From assembly GCA_943789275.1 (NCBI GenBank), contig CALSTM010000001.1, forward strand, positions 1 to 32,000: DNA of 32,000 nucleotides. Direction: 5' to 3'. The position numbers and the translations under genes were made by a program. Of this stretch, positions 25,065 through 32,000 are shown in pieces (position 1 is the first letter of the stretch; every line of letters begins with the position of its first letter). This DNA is from Candidatus Poseidoniaceae archaeon. Lineage in GTDB: Archaea; Thermoplasmatota; Poseidoniia; Poseidoniales; Poseidoniaceae. Below the pieces are notes generated by a model, which worked only from the letters and a program-made list of their open reading frames with translations, made no database searches and was not told the DNA's origin.

Positions 25065-25709
25065 ATGAAAGTGGCCGGTCACAGTGGTATGGTCAACCCA
25101 CCGATGGGCTTTCACCAAGTCATTGAACTTCCTGAAGAATATTGGGTGTTTGACTTTTCCAAAGGACCGCAAAGCGACTTTGAGAACCCGTTTCCGTTTT
25201 CGATTGGAAAATACGATGAAAAGCGGCCCGGTATGTATACCACGCCGCTCTTTGGAGGCGTTCGTAACCATCACGTTGGATTGGATATCGGTGCGCCAGA
25301 GAAAACACCAGTTTTTGCTTTCAGTGACGGGGTCATCCATTCTTTTGGTGATAATTCGGAAGACGGTTCATACGGTCCTACCATCATCACGGAGCACACC
25401 GTCTCCTTACCGGTAGATGTTGGCGCAAAAGACAAGGCAGCACCGGTGAAGATTTGGGTTCTTCACGGTCATCTTTCAAGAGAGAGCCTCATCGGTTTGG
25501 AGGTTGGTCGAACCATCAAAGCTGGTGACCGAATTGCGTCCCTTGGTGGTCAACATGAAAACGGTGGTTGGGCGCCTCATCTCCATCTGCAACTGTCCAT
25601 CAATGAACCTGCTCACCACGATTTGCCCGGTGTTGTTGATGAAGACGAACGGGTTCAGGCACTGATTGATTACCCCGACCCAAGACTGATTGTTGGGCCT
25701 GTCTATTGA
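25065..25709 (+). CDS. M23 family metallopeptidase domain protein (no signal peptide)
   Basis: HHVGLDIGAPEKTPVFAFSDGVI carries the HxxxD motif and GGWAPHLHLQL carries the HxH motif of M23/LytM. The N-terminus is not hydrophobic. Confidence 0.75.
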   Translation: MKVAGHSGMVNPPMGFHQVIELPEEYWVFDFSKGPQSDFENPFPFSIGKYDEKRPGMYTTPLFGGVRNHHVGLDIGAPEKTPVFAFSDGVIHSFGDNSEDGSYGPTIITEHTVSLPVDVGAKDKAAPVKIWVLHGHLSRESLIGLEVGRTIKAGDRIASLGGQHENGGWAPHLHLQLSINEPAHHDLPGVVDEDERVQALIDYPDPRLIVGPVY

Positions 25710-26836
25710 ACCGATTCCAAATGGGCTTTGAGCGCCATGATTGGGCCTATGGCTGCGGGATCTTTCCCGTGAAGCAGGGCCAGAGCAATCGAAATCCAAT
25801 CCATCAGAATACAGAGGTGGAGCATTGATTCAAGCAATGTGTTCCCTTCTCCTGCAATCTTCCAAGCCAAGTCGGTGGTTGCGTGGGCGACCATCCAGTC
25901 CATGCGCTTGGAGACTTGGCGGTGCATGCCCTGCCACGTAAGCAAAAGCAACACATGGTCGCTCGCTGAAGCATCTTGGTCGGTTCCAACTCCACCCCAT
26001 GCCACGCTTTCGTTGTGGTTCATTTCAGGGATGACGCCAATACGAGCGAACCTCGCAGCATTCTCGTTCAGTTGGTTTTTGAAGCGATTGAGAGCCGGTC
26101 GTAATTCGGTTGGACCGAGTAAAGCGATGGGCCGTTCGAGCATGCAGAGTGCGAGTTGAGCGACATCTCCCTCGGGGTCGTTGAGGATGTCAAAGCCTTC
26201 AGTTGCCAATTGAAGTCGGTCAAACATTGCCTCGTCAGCTCCTTCTCTGGGCTGAGGTAAAACGCCAATATTTCTCAGTAAACCGAGTTGACGACTGAAA
26301 ATGTGTCCAAATGCTGTGCGAGGGGGTTGTCCTCCCACAGAAGGGAGCAAGAAGCATTTCGGGTAGATTTCTGGAAGTCCAGAAAGAACGCCACCGGTGG
26401 AAATCACAACGGTCGTGGCTCCAATTTTGAGTGCAGTTTCGGTCGCTTCCAGCACTTCCTCAGTGTTGCCGCTGTGAGATGTAGAAAGAACCAACCAGTT
26501 AGTATTCCACCACGAAGGCAAGACGTAATCACGTTGAATGATGATGGGAACGGTGCCATGAAAACTGGAGAGGGCTGAAATGAAATCTCCACCTGCTGCT
26601 GAACCTCCCATTCCGAGGCAAAGAATACCGCTCCACTTCGTTTGTCCAATCTCCTTCATCCATGGGAAATGTTCTGTTGTTGCGTGGGCGACTCCACCGC
26701 GTAAATCATGGACAAACGCTCGAGTGTAGTTGACCATGCCTTCATTGTCAAGCGCCCCAGCAAGGTCGACTAAACTCAATTCCTGCTGAGCGTTAACGTC
26801 CCCGGACATGGATTGTGAACCGGTGTTGTCCTTCAT
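25703..26836 (-). CDS. bifunctional phosphoglucose/phosphomannose isomerase (two SIS domains)
   Basis: The SIS motifs GMGGSAAGGDF and LSTSHSGNTEE are present. About 375 aa, typical of the archaeal PGI/PMI family. The start overlaps the NMD3 stop by 4 nt. Confidence 0.8.
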   Translation of the reverse strand: MKDNTGSQSMSGDVNAQQELSLVDLAGALDNEGMVNYTRAFVHDLRGGVAHATTEHFPWMKEIGQTKWSGILCLGMGGSAAGGDFISALSSFHGTVPIIIQRDYVLPSWWNTNWLVLSTSHSGNTEEVLEATETALKIGATTVVISTGGVLSGLPEIYPKCFLLPSVGGQPPRTAFGHIFSRQLGLLRNIGVLPQPREGADEAMFDRLQLATEGFDILNDPEGDVAQLALCMLERPIALLGPTELRPALNRFKNQLNENAARFARIGVIPEMNHNESVAWGGVGTDQDASASDHVLLLLTWQGMHRQVSKRMDWMVAHATTDLAWKIAGEGNTLLESMLHLCILMDWISIALALLHGKDPAAIGPIMALKAHLESVQ

Positions 26837-27882
26837 ATCGACTTCCCCTCATCGTGTTCATCGCAACCGAGTTTGTGCAATGCAAGCCATTCACCATCGA
26901 TGCGAACCAGTCGAAGTTTTTGCCTTGGAACGTGGTCCCAAGCGACCCTGACTTCCGACATGTTCCAGTTGGATGGGTCGAGGAATTCAGCGACCGAGGC
27001 GTCCTCATTGATGATGTCCACGACCACGTGATCTTTCATTTGGGCGATGACATTTGAAGATTCTAAATCCCTCCACGTTGCACCTGTTCTTTCTTGTCGG
27101 TCAATACGTGACATAATCGCCCCGTCTTTCGTCCACGTTGCGGGACGCCAGTAATGGTCTCTCCATCGCAATACGTCTCCGATGTCGTAACCTGGTTTAC
27201 GGTAAAGCAGCGTCAGTCGAGTGACGTCAATACCGTCTTTTCGCCCGACAGTAGAATTTGATTCAGCAACGTGGCCTCCGTACTCGTTGACCAAATGACG
27301 CCCCCATGTCCGGGCAAGACCCTTGCTGCCCAGAACCACATCATAGCCTCCAGTAACCGGCCCTTCTGAGGTAATGAAAAACATCGGGTCATCGGATAAA
27401 TCTTCAATGACTTTATCCAGCGTTTGACGAAGCGTTGTGAACTCGTCTTCGGAGAGACGACGTCCGGTTGAACGCAATTGCACAGTCGCTTCGAAGTAAT
27501 TCCCTGCACGGCGCGTACAGGTAAGGCAAACCCCGTTTGCCATTCGAGCCCGCATGGTGTGTTCTTCTTGGAACAGGAGATCTTCAATGACGCCTTCAAC
27601 CTGCACATGTAGTAAAGTGTGACGATCAGAAACCGTTCGTGTCTCTAAGGCTAAAGCAATGTCTTCCGCATTCTTGTGAAATTCCACATGACGTTGAATC
27701 AATTCGTCCCAAATTTCTTCTTCTGAAATATGAACCCACTTTCCTTGGATTTCAACAATTCCACACCGGGCGCAACGCACCCAAGGAATGTTTTCTGGCA
27801 CTTGTACCAGCTTGATTCGCTTTCGTACGCACGGTTCACACATCCGGTCTCCGTAAAGCGGTGGGTCTGCTCCACAGACCAA
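26833..27882 (-). CDS. NMD3 family protein (archaeal homologue of the 60S export adaptor)
   Basis: The N-terminal Cys pairs (C)LVC-x11-CEPC and CARCG form the NMD3 Zn-binding N-domain. About 350 aa. The track start TTG at 27882 cuts off the first Cys (TGT 27883-27885); see findings. Confidence 0.8.
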   Translation of the reverse strand: MVCGADPPLYGDRMCEPCVRKRIKLVQVPENIPWVRCARCGIVEIQGKWVHISEEEIWDELIQRHVEFHKNAEDIALALETRTVSDRHTLLHVQVEGVIEDLLFQEEHTMRARMANGVCLTCTRRAGNYFEATVQLRSTGRRLSEDEFTTLRQTLDKVIEDLSDDPMFFITSEGPVTGGYDVVLGSKGLARTWGRHLVNEYGGHVAESNSTVGRKDGIDVTRLTLLYRKPGYDIGDVLRWRDHYWRPATWTKDGAIMSRIDRQERTGATWRDLESSNVIAQMKDHVVVDIINEDASVAEFLDPSNWNMSEVRVAWDHVPRQKLRLVRIDGEWLALHKLGCDEHDEGKSI

Positions 27883-27946
27883 ACAAAACTCACGTCCAAG
27901 TCCTTCGATAGCAATCCCTCAAGTCGTTGGGTGAATCCATCCGCTT

Positions 27947-28165
27947 TCAATCTGTAGCATCATCCGTCGACTTAGCAACGGATTGCTCGGCTACGTCATC
28001 TGCTTGGGTTGCATCCAATCCAATACTTGCTTCAACCGCTACAAGACGTTGCTCAATCGAGCGGCTACGAACGACAACCGTCCACGTCCAAATGGCAAGT
28101 CCGGCAATCATGCCAAGGTAAGCGACGGTGAGGTATACAGTTCCTTCCAAATTAATTTCCTCCAT
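27947..28165 (-). CDS. small single-TM protein, CcmD-like by position
   Basis: MEEINLEGTVYLTVAYLGMIAGLAIWTWTVVVRSR has one TM helix followed by basic residues. It lies immediately downstream of ccmC and overlaps it by 14 nt. The assignment is contextual. Confidence 0.4.
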   Translation of the reverse strand: MEEINLEGTVYLTVAYLGMIAGLAIWTWTVVVRSRSIEQRLVAVEASIGLDATQADDVAEQSVAKSTDDATD

Positions 28166-28856
28166 CAAGTGATTTTTGAGCGCTCTCAAGGCGTTGCTCG
28201 AGATGCGTGATTCTCATTGAGATGAGCATGTGTCCGATGATGAAGAGGGTAAATGAAAGTGCTCCAATCAGCAGAACGAGGGACATATCCGATTGGAGTG
28301 AACCACTGTCATCGCCTGCGGCAATGACAGGACCTGGGTGGCGAATTTGCCAGATTCGGGTTGCAATGTAGGTTAAAGGCACCAGAACAAAACCAAACAA
28401 TCCGAACGTCGAAAACGTGTCTCGAGTTTCAACTCCATCGGGCTGACTTTGCCGTCCAAGCACCAGAAACAAGGCGAGCAGGGTGAGCAGTCCAAAGGTG
28501 TTGAGTCTTACATCGGTCCAATCCCAAGGCGTTCCCCACTCAGCAGCCCCCCATACGCATCCAGACCAGACGGTCATCAAGCCACACGCTAAGCCTGCTT
28601 CTGTTCCCGCTACATGCAGACGCCAGCCCACGGGGCTGCGTTTGAAAAACCACAGTGCAGAGCCGACAAAAAGAACACCAAAGGCAATGAAAGCAGCCCA
28701 TGCTGATGGAACATGCCAGTAGAATATTCGTTGGGCTGCTGGAGATTCAAAGGCGTTGATAGATACGCTTGGAGCCCAATTTAGTCCGAGATAAAGCGTG
28801 GTCATGATTCCAAGAAAGCCCACGCCGAGCAACATTTCTGGAACTCGACCTCGCAT
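28152..28856 (-). CDS. ccmC: heme exporter protein CcmC
   Basis: The WWD-type motif WGTPWDWTDVRLNT is present, as is the conserved FYWHVPSAW. There are six hydrophobic segments. ATG at 28856 (MRGRVPEMLL...) avoids overlap with the upstream gene. Confidence 0.85.
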   Translation of the reverse strand: MRGRVPEMLLGVGFLGIMTTLYLGLNWAPSVSINAFESPAAQRIFYWHVPSAWAAFIAFGVLFVGSALWFFKRSPVGWRLHVAGTEAGLACGLMTVWSGCVWGAAEWGTPWDWTDVRLNTFGLLTLLALFLVLGRQSQPDGVETRDTFSTFGLFGFVLVPLTYIATRIWQIRHPGPVIAAGDDSGSLQSDMSLVLLIGALSFTLFIIGHMLISMRITHLEQRLESAQKSLDGGN

Positions 28857-28894
28857 GGTATTCTCTCCGTGCTCTCCTTCTTGAACTTGGGCGT

Positions 28895-30109
28895 TCAAAG
28901 CGTTGCTGTATACTCGGCTACCAAGGCCCATGGAAGGATAAGTATTGGCAAGAGGAGACGAAGAAATACGGCGTTTGGTCGGGCAAGACGCAGGGTGTTT
29001 ATTTCGATAAACCGAACGGCCGCCATTGTGAACCAGAGCACGAGAGCCCCGATGATGGTCACTTTCCAATCAAAACCTCCAAGGAAAACAACCGTTCCTA
29101 TGGCGGTAAAAGCAACACCAGTAAGTGGAGCAAACAGGTCTGCGGAAGGCAATCGTTGAACGTTCGCTCTCCACCAATCTACCGCTCTTTGTTCCTTAAG
29201 CAAGTAGAGCACAGGGTCTCCGGCCAGTCCAGCGGCAAAGGGTGCTGAAAGTACAAAACCAACCAGCAGCGTTTGGTTCTCGATGTTGGTTGGGTCGACA
29301 AAGGCCATGAGCGTGCCAAGAACAAGAAGTGCTGTGAGCCCGTTTCGAGCCAATCCTGCACGTGTTGAACGAAGATAGCGATTTCCGGCTCTGGCGGCGA
29401 CCAACGTTCGTGGTTCTGGCTGACCGATTGCAGTCCAAACATCATCATCGGACGGCTTGTGTTCGACCTCCTCCTTGAGGTCGTGAAGTCGTGTTGCACA
29501 TTCAAGCATCGACGGGTGGTGAGATGCAATCAAGAAACCGTGACCCGCTGAACGAAGTTGACCGATGGCGGAAACGAGTGTTTGCACCGCTGATTGGTCG
29601 AGGCCCGTTGCAGGTTCATCGAGCAGAATCAACCGCGGCTTGCTTGACAGCATGGCGGGCAGCAGTCCTGCAATAACGGCAACTTTTCTTGCTTGGCCGC
29701 CCGATAATTGTCCGATTCGGTCATGCTTCCGATGAGCAAGTCCGAACGATTCGAGAATTGGCGTTATATCGGCCTTCATGTGTGAAAGTGCGCAAACCGT
29801 CAAAAGATGGTTTTCGACCGTTTCATCACCAATTAATCCGTTGCTCTGCAAGGTGAGGCCGAACGGTTTTTTCGGCAAGTTTCGTCGCCCTTCAGCATCA
29901 AGAACCAGCGCATCGTGGTGGAAAACTGAACCCTTTTCCAAGGGCAGAAGCCGAGCGCTGCTTTCGATGACTGTCGACTTCCCTGCGCCGTTTTCACTGT
30001 GAAGTACCACGACATCACCCGACTTGATCTCAAGGTGGAAAGAGGACAAAACGTTGTTCATGCCACGAGAGACTTCCAAGTCCTCGAGGCGAAGCAATGT
30101 TTCTGCCAT
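28895..30109 (-). CDS. CcmA-like ABC ATPase fused to a C-terminal polytopic membrane domain (CcmB-like by context)
   Basis: The ATPase motifs are SENGAGKSTVIES, LSGGQARKVAVIAGLL and LILLDEPATGLD. They are followed by ~180 aa with 4-5 hydrophobic segments. ATG at 30109 is preferred; the TTG at 30157 would overlap the divergent rhomboid gene. Confidence 0.7.
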   Translation of the reverse strand: MAETLLRLEDLEVSRGMNNVLSSFHLEIKSGDVVVLHSENGAGKSTVIESSARLLPLEKGSVFHHDALVLDAEGRRNLPKKPFGLTLQSNGLIGDETVENHLLTVCALSHMKADITPILESFGLAHRKHDRIGQLSGGQARKVAVIAGLLPAMLSSKPRLILLDEPATGLDQSAVQTLVSAIGQLRSAGHGFLIASHHPSMLECATRLHDLKEEVEHKPSDDDVWTAIGQPEPRTLVAARAGNRYLRSTRAGLARNGLTALLVLGTLMAFVDPTNIENQTLLVGFVLSAPFAAGLAGDPVLYLLKEQRAVDWWRANVQRLPSADLFAPLTGVAFTAIGTVVFLGGFDWKVTIIGALVLWFTMAAVRFIEINTLRLARPNAVFLRLLLPILILPWALVAEYTATL

Positions 30110-30174
30110 GGATGTCCGAGATTGCAGACCGACATCAAACCTCCCATTCATCCTCAAATTCCCAATGGACTCAA

Positions 30175-31236
30175 ATGAGTGGCCTGTCTAGCACTTCCAT
30201 GACCACCACGATGTCCTTGTTCGGCACATCCGAATGGTTCTTGCTCAGCGTTTGGTTCATCGTCCTGGTTTGGCCAATTTTTTACGCTCTTCGACACAAA
30301 ACCTCTCTTGCTCTTTCCATCACCGTGAGTTTGCTTCTTGGATACCTCATTCAATATTTCTCAACCTTCGCCTTCACGAGGGGCTGGGTCGGAGGATGGC
30401 TGTGGTGGGATTTTGTGCTTATTCCAAATCGTGCCCTTGACGTTGCCTGGTTTCACACGTTCTTTTCAGCAGGATTCCTTCACGGCGATGCATTGCACGT
30501 CTTAGGAAATATTCTGGTCATCGCATTGGTTGGTGTACCGCTTGAACAACGGTTGGGTTTACGGCGGTTTGCTGCGGTGTATGCCATCGGTTTATTCGGA
30601 GGTTCATTCGCTTGGTATGCGTTTAATTCAGCATCAGGAACACCTTCTTTGGGTGCATCAGGTGCGGCGTTTGGACTGTTTGGGGCTTATCTTGCTGGTT
30701 GGCCCAAAGACGAAATACCGTTCCCACTCATTTTGATTCGCAAATGGCCAGTGCTTTACATCGCCATGTTTTATTTTGGGATGGAGATTTATCGTGCTTA
30801 TGCTACAATGGGACTGAACCAAGCAAGCGATGTTGCGCACATGGCGCATCTTGGAGGCTTTTTAGCAGCCTACATCTTGCTTCCAATCATTGCCAAAAAC
30901 GGTCCGTATGCACTTGGAGTGGAAGACGGAGGCCCATCCTCGACAGGCAGCGAACGTTCTCGGCTCAATCAAATCAAAAGTTCAATGGTCGATATGTCGA
31001 GTCTCGTAGACCCTTGGACTTCACGTGGAATTGACATCCCTCGAAATATTCGAGACCCGCTTCGAAGCCTGATGGCATCCTCGGACGAACCGGAAACTCG
31101 TATGGCATGGATGGAGCACCTTGCGGATGCAGCAGAATGCCCAACCTGTGGAGCGAGTCTCGGCATGGTTGAGCGGAAGAACGGTCCACAAATACAGTGT
31201 TCAAAGGAACCTGCGCATTTCCTTTGGCCAGAATAA
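30175..31236 (+). CDS. rhomboid family intramembrane serine protease with C-terminal zinc-ribbon
   Basis: The catalytic Ser lies in GASGAAFGLFGAYL and the catalytic His in HMAHLGGFLAAYI. There are multiple TM segments. The C-terminal tail ECPTCG...QCSKEPAH resembles a zinc ribbon. ATG at 30175 is preferred over 30097. Confidence 0.85.
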   Translation: MSGLSSTSMTTTMSLFGTSEWFLLSVWFIVLVWPIFYALRHKTSLALSITVSLLLGYLIQYFSTFAFTRGWVGGWLWWDFVLIPNRALDVAWFHTFFSAGFLHGDALHVLGNILVIALVGVPLEQRLGLRRFAAVYAIGLFGGSFAWYAFNSASGTPSLGASGAAFGLFGAYLAGWPKDEIPFPLILIRKWPVLYIAMFYFGMEIYRAYATMGLNQASDVAHMAHLGGFLAAYILLPIIAKNGPYALGVEDGGPSSTGSERSRLNQIKSSMVDMSSLVDPWTSRGIDIPRNIRDPLRSLMASSDEPETRMAWMEHLADAAECPTCGASLGMVERKNGPQIQCSKEPAHFLWPE

Positions 31237-31243
31237 CGGCACT

Positions 31244-31273
31244 CTCCCCAAGCCCCCTTAGGGGGCTGGGGAG
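31244..31273 (+). other. GC-rich hairpin between the rhomboid stop and the next start codon
   Basis: CTCCCCAAGCCCCC-TTA-GGGGGCTGGGGAG forms a 13-bp stem with one bulged A. It starts 8 nt after TAA 31234-31236. The right arm contains GGAG 7 nt upstream of ATG 31281. No T-tract follows. Confidence 0.4.
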
Positions 31274-31346
31274 TGGACAGATGAAGGATAGGCTCAAAGG
31301 CGTGATGTTTGTGCATAAGTCGGAAGTGAGCAATTTGCAACAGTCA

Positions 31347-32000
31347 ATGTCATGGAAATCGCGCCGCATTTCTTTCTTATTGGTTCTGATTTTTTTGGTT
31401 GCTGACCTCGGCGTTTTAGCCAATGAATCAGAACCAACCGTATTCCTTGAAGAGGCTTCTGCGTATTCAGAGCCTATTCTGGTCGACGGTTTACCGCCAT
31501 TGATGTGCGGTGAAGAGTTGTGCCTGCGACCGATTCGAGACATTGACCGCGACGGTCGTTTCTCAGCTGAAGCAGACCAGTGGTGGCAATCCTACGGCCC
31601 CGATTTGGATTGGAACGGGATGGACGACCGCCTTCAACGGGTGCTTGCCGGCTCCGAATCCGTATCGCCAACCGCAGTTATTGGGCCTGATGGTCGTAAA
31701 ACCGTAGCCATTGTTGTCGATTATGCATGGCGGGCAAACGATGCTGAAATAGAGACGTTACGTTCTGTTCTCGATGCCCATGGATGGGTCGGTGAAGACG
31801 GTGGAGCTTGGTTCCAACAACTCGAGGACATTGATTCAGTTGCCATTGACAAGGTGCCAGTATCGGCCCTCATGGACCTTTATTCTCTTCACGGTGTCGT
31901 GGTTATCGAAATGCAAAACGTCATGATTCCATCCAATGATGTTGCCTCCAAGGCGGCCCGTGCACGCCCTTCAGACGTCTATTCAGCAACCGCTTATGAG
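31347..32000 (+). CDS. secreted/anchored protein, 3' end outside window (possibly a protease pro-region)
   Basis: The frame is open from ATG 31281 to the window end; it is absent from the ORF track because it has no stop. ATG 31347 gives MSWKSRRISFLLVLIFLVADLGVLANE, a signal or anchor sequence. The downstream function was not recognised. Confidence 0.55.
   Translation, partial: MSWKSRRISFLLVLIFLVADLGVLANESEPTVFLEEASAYSEPILVDGLPPLMCGEELCLRPIRDIDRDGRFSAEADQWWQSYGPDLDWNGMDDRLQRVLAGSESVSPTAVIGPDGRKTVAIVVDYAWRANDAEIETLRSVLDAHGWVGEDGGAWFQQLEDIDSVAIDKVPVSALMDLYSLHGVVVIEMQNVMIPSNDVASKAARARPSDVYSATAYE

Noticed and set aside
28856-29069. N-terminal 71-aa extension of CcmC in the track ORF (start 29069)
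   Set aside because: The extension overlaps the upstream CcmA-fusion gene and is not hydrophobic or CcmC-like. The internal ATG at 28856 fits the family N-terminus.
30974-31543. 189-aa minus-strand ORF across the rhomboid 3' end and the next gene start
   Set aside because: It is antisense to two plus-strand genes with a clear catalytic motif and a signal peptide, and it spans the hairpin.

Overview
Gene-dense 32-kb chromosomal segment with about 30 genes, mostly on the minus strand, many with short start/stop overlaps. Gene content points to an archaeon: exosome cap subunit Csl4, NMD3, archaeal-type aspartate-semialdehyde dehydrogenase, PGI/PMI. It also carries many bacterial-type genes: fused isobutyryl-CoA mutase IcmF, ABC-F ATPase, SMUG1-like UDG, long-chain acyl-CoA ligase, CcmA/B-C-D heme export, M23 peptidase, rhomboid. 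A planktonic euryarchaeote-like origin is inference only. Three regions are not ordinary. (1) 632-3952 is a 3.2-kb AT-rich islet inserted at the 3' end of icmF. It is bounded by an 88-bp direct repeat that duplicates the last 28 codons (27 aa + stop) of icmF with only silent differences. It carries an OLD/PARIS-like pair: an ABC-type ATPase (interrupted five times, always needing a +1 shift) and an intact Toprim/DUF4435-like protein. This is my best candidate for an undescribed or variant defence module. (2) 12203-15277 is a roughly 1000-codon repeat-rich surface glycoprotein gene (TSP3 repeats, 4 tandem 127-aa sequon-dense domains, a (GGNNT)n microsatellite linker, a C-terminal anchor). It is split into 5+ ORFs by six 1-nt indels that sum to zero. 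(3) 15377-19581 is an RNA-centred operon in which Csl4 is fused to two RRM domains, flanked by a METTL5-like methylase and a radical-SAM/HhH enzyme. I recognised no rRNA, tRNA, CRISPR array, transposase or integrase. All domain calls come from motif recognition by eye; no searches were run.
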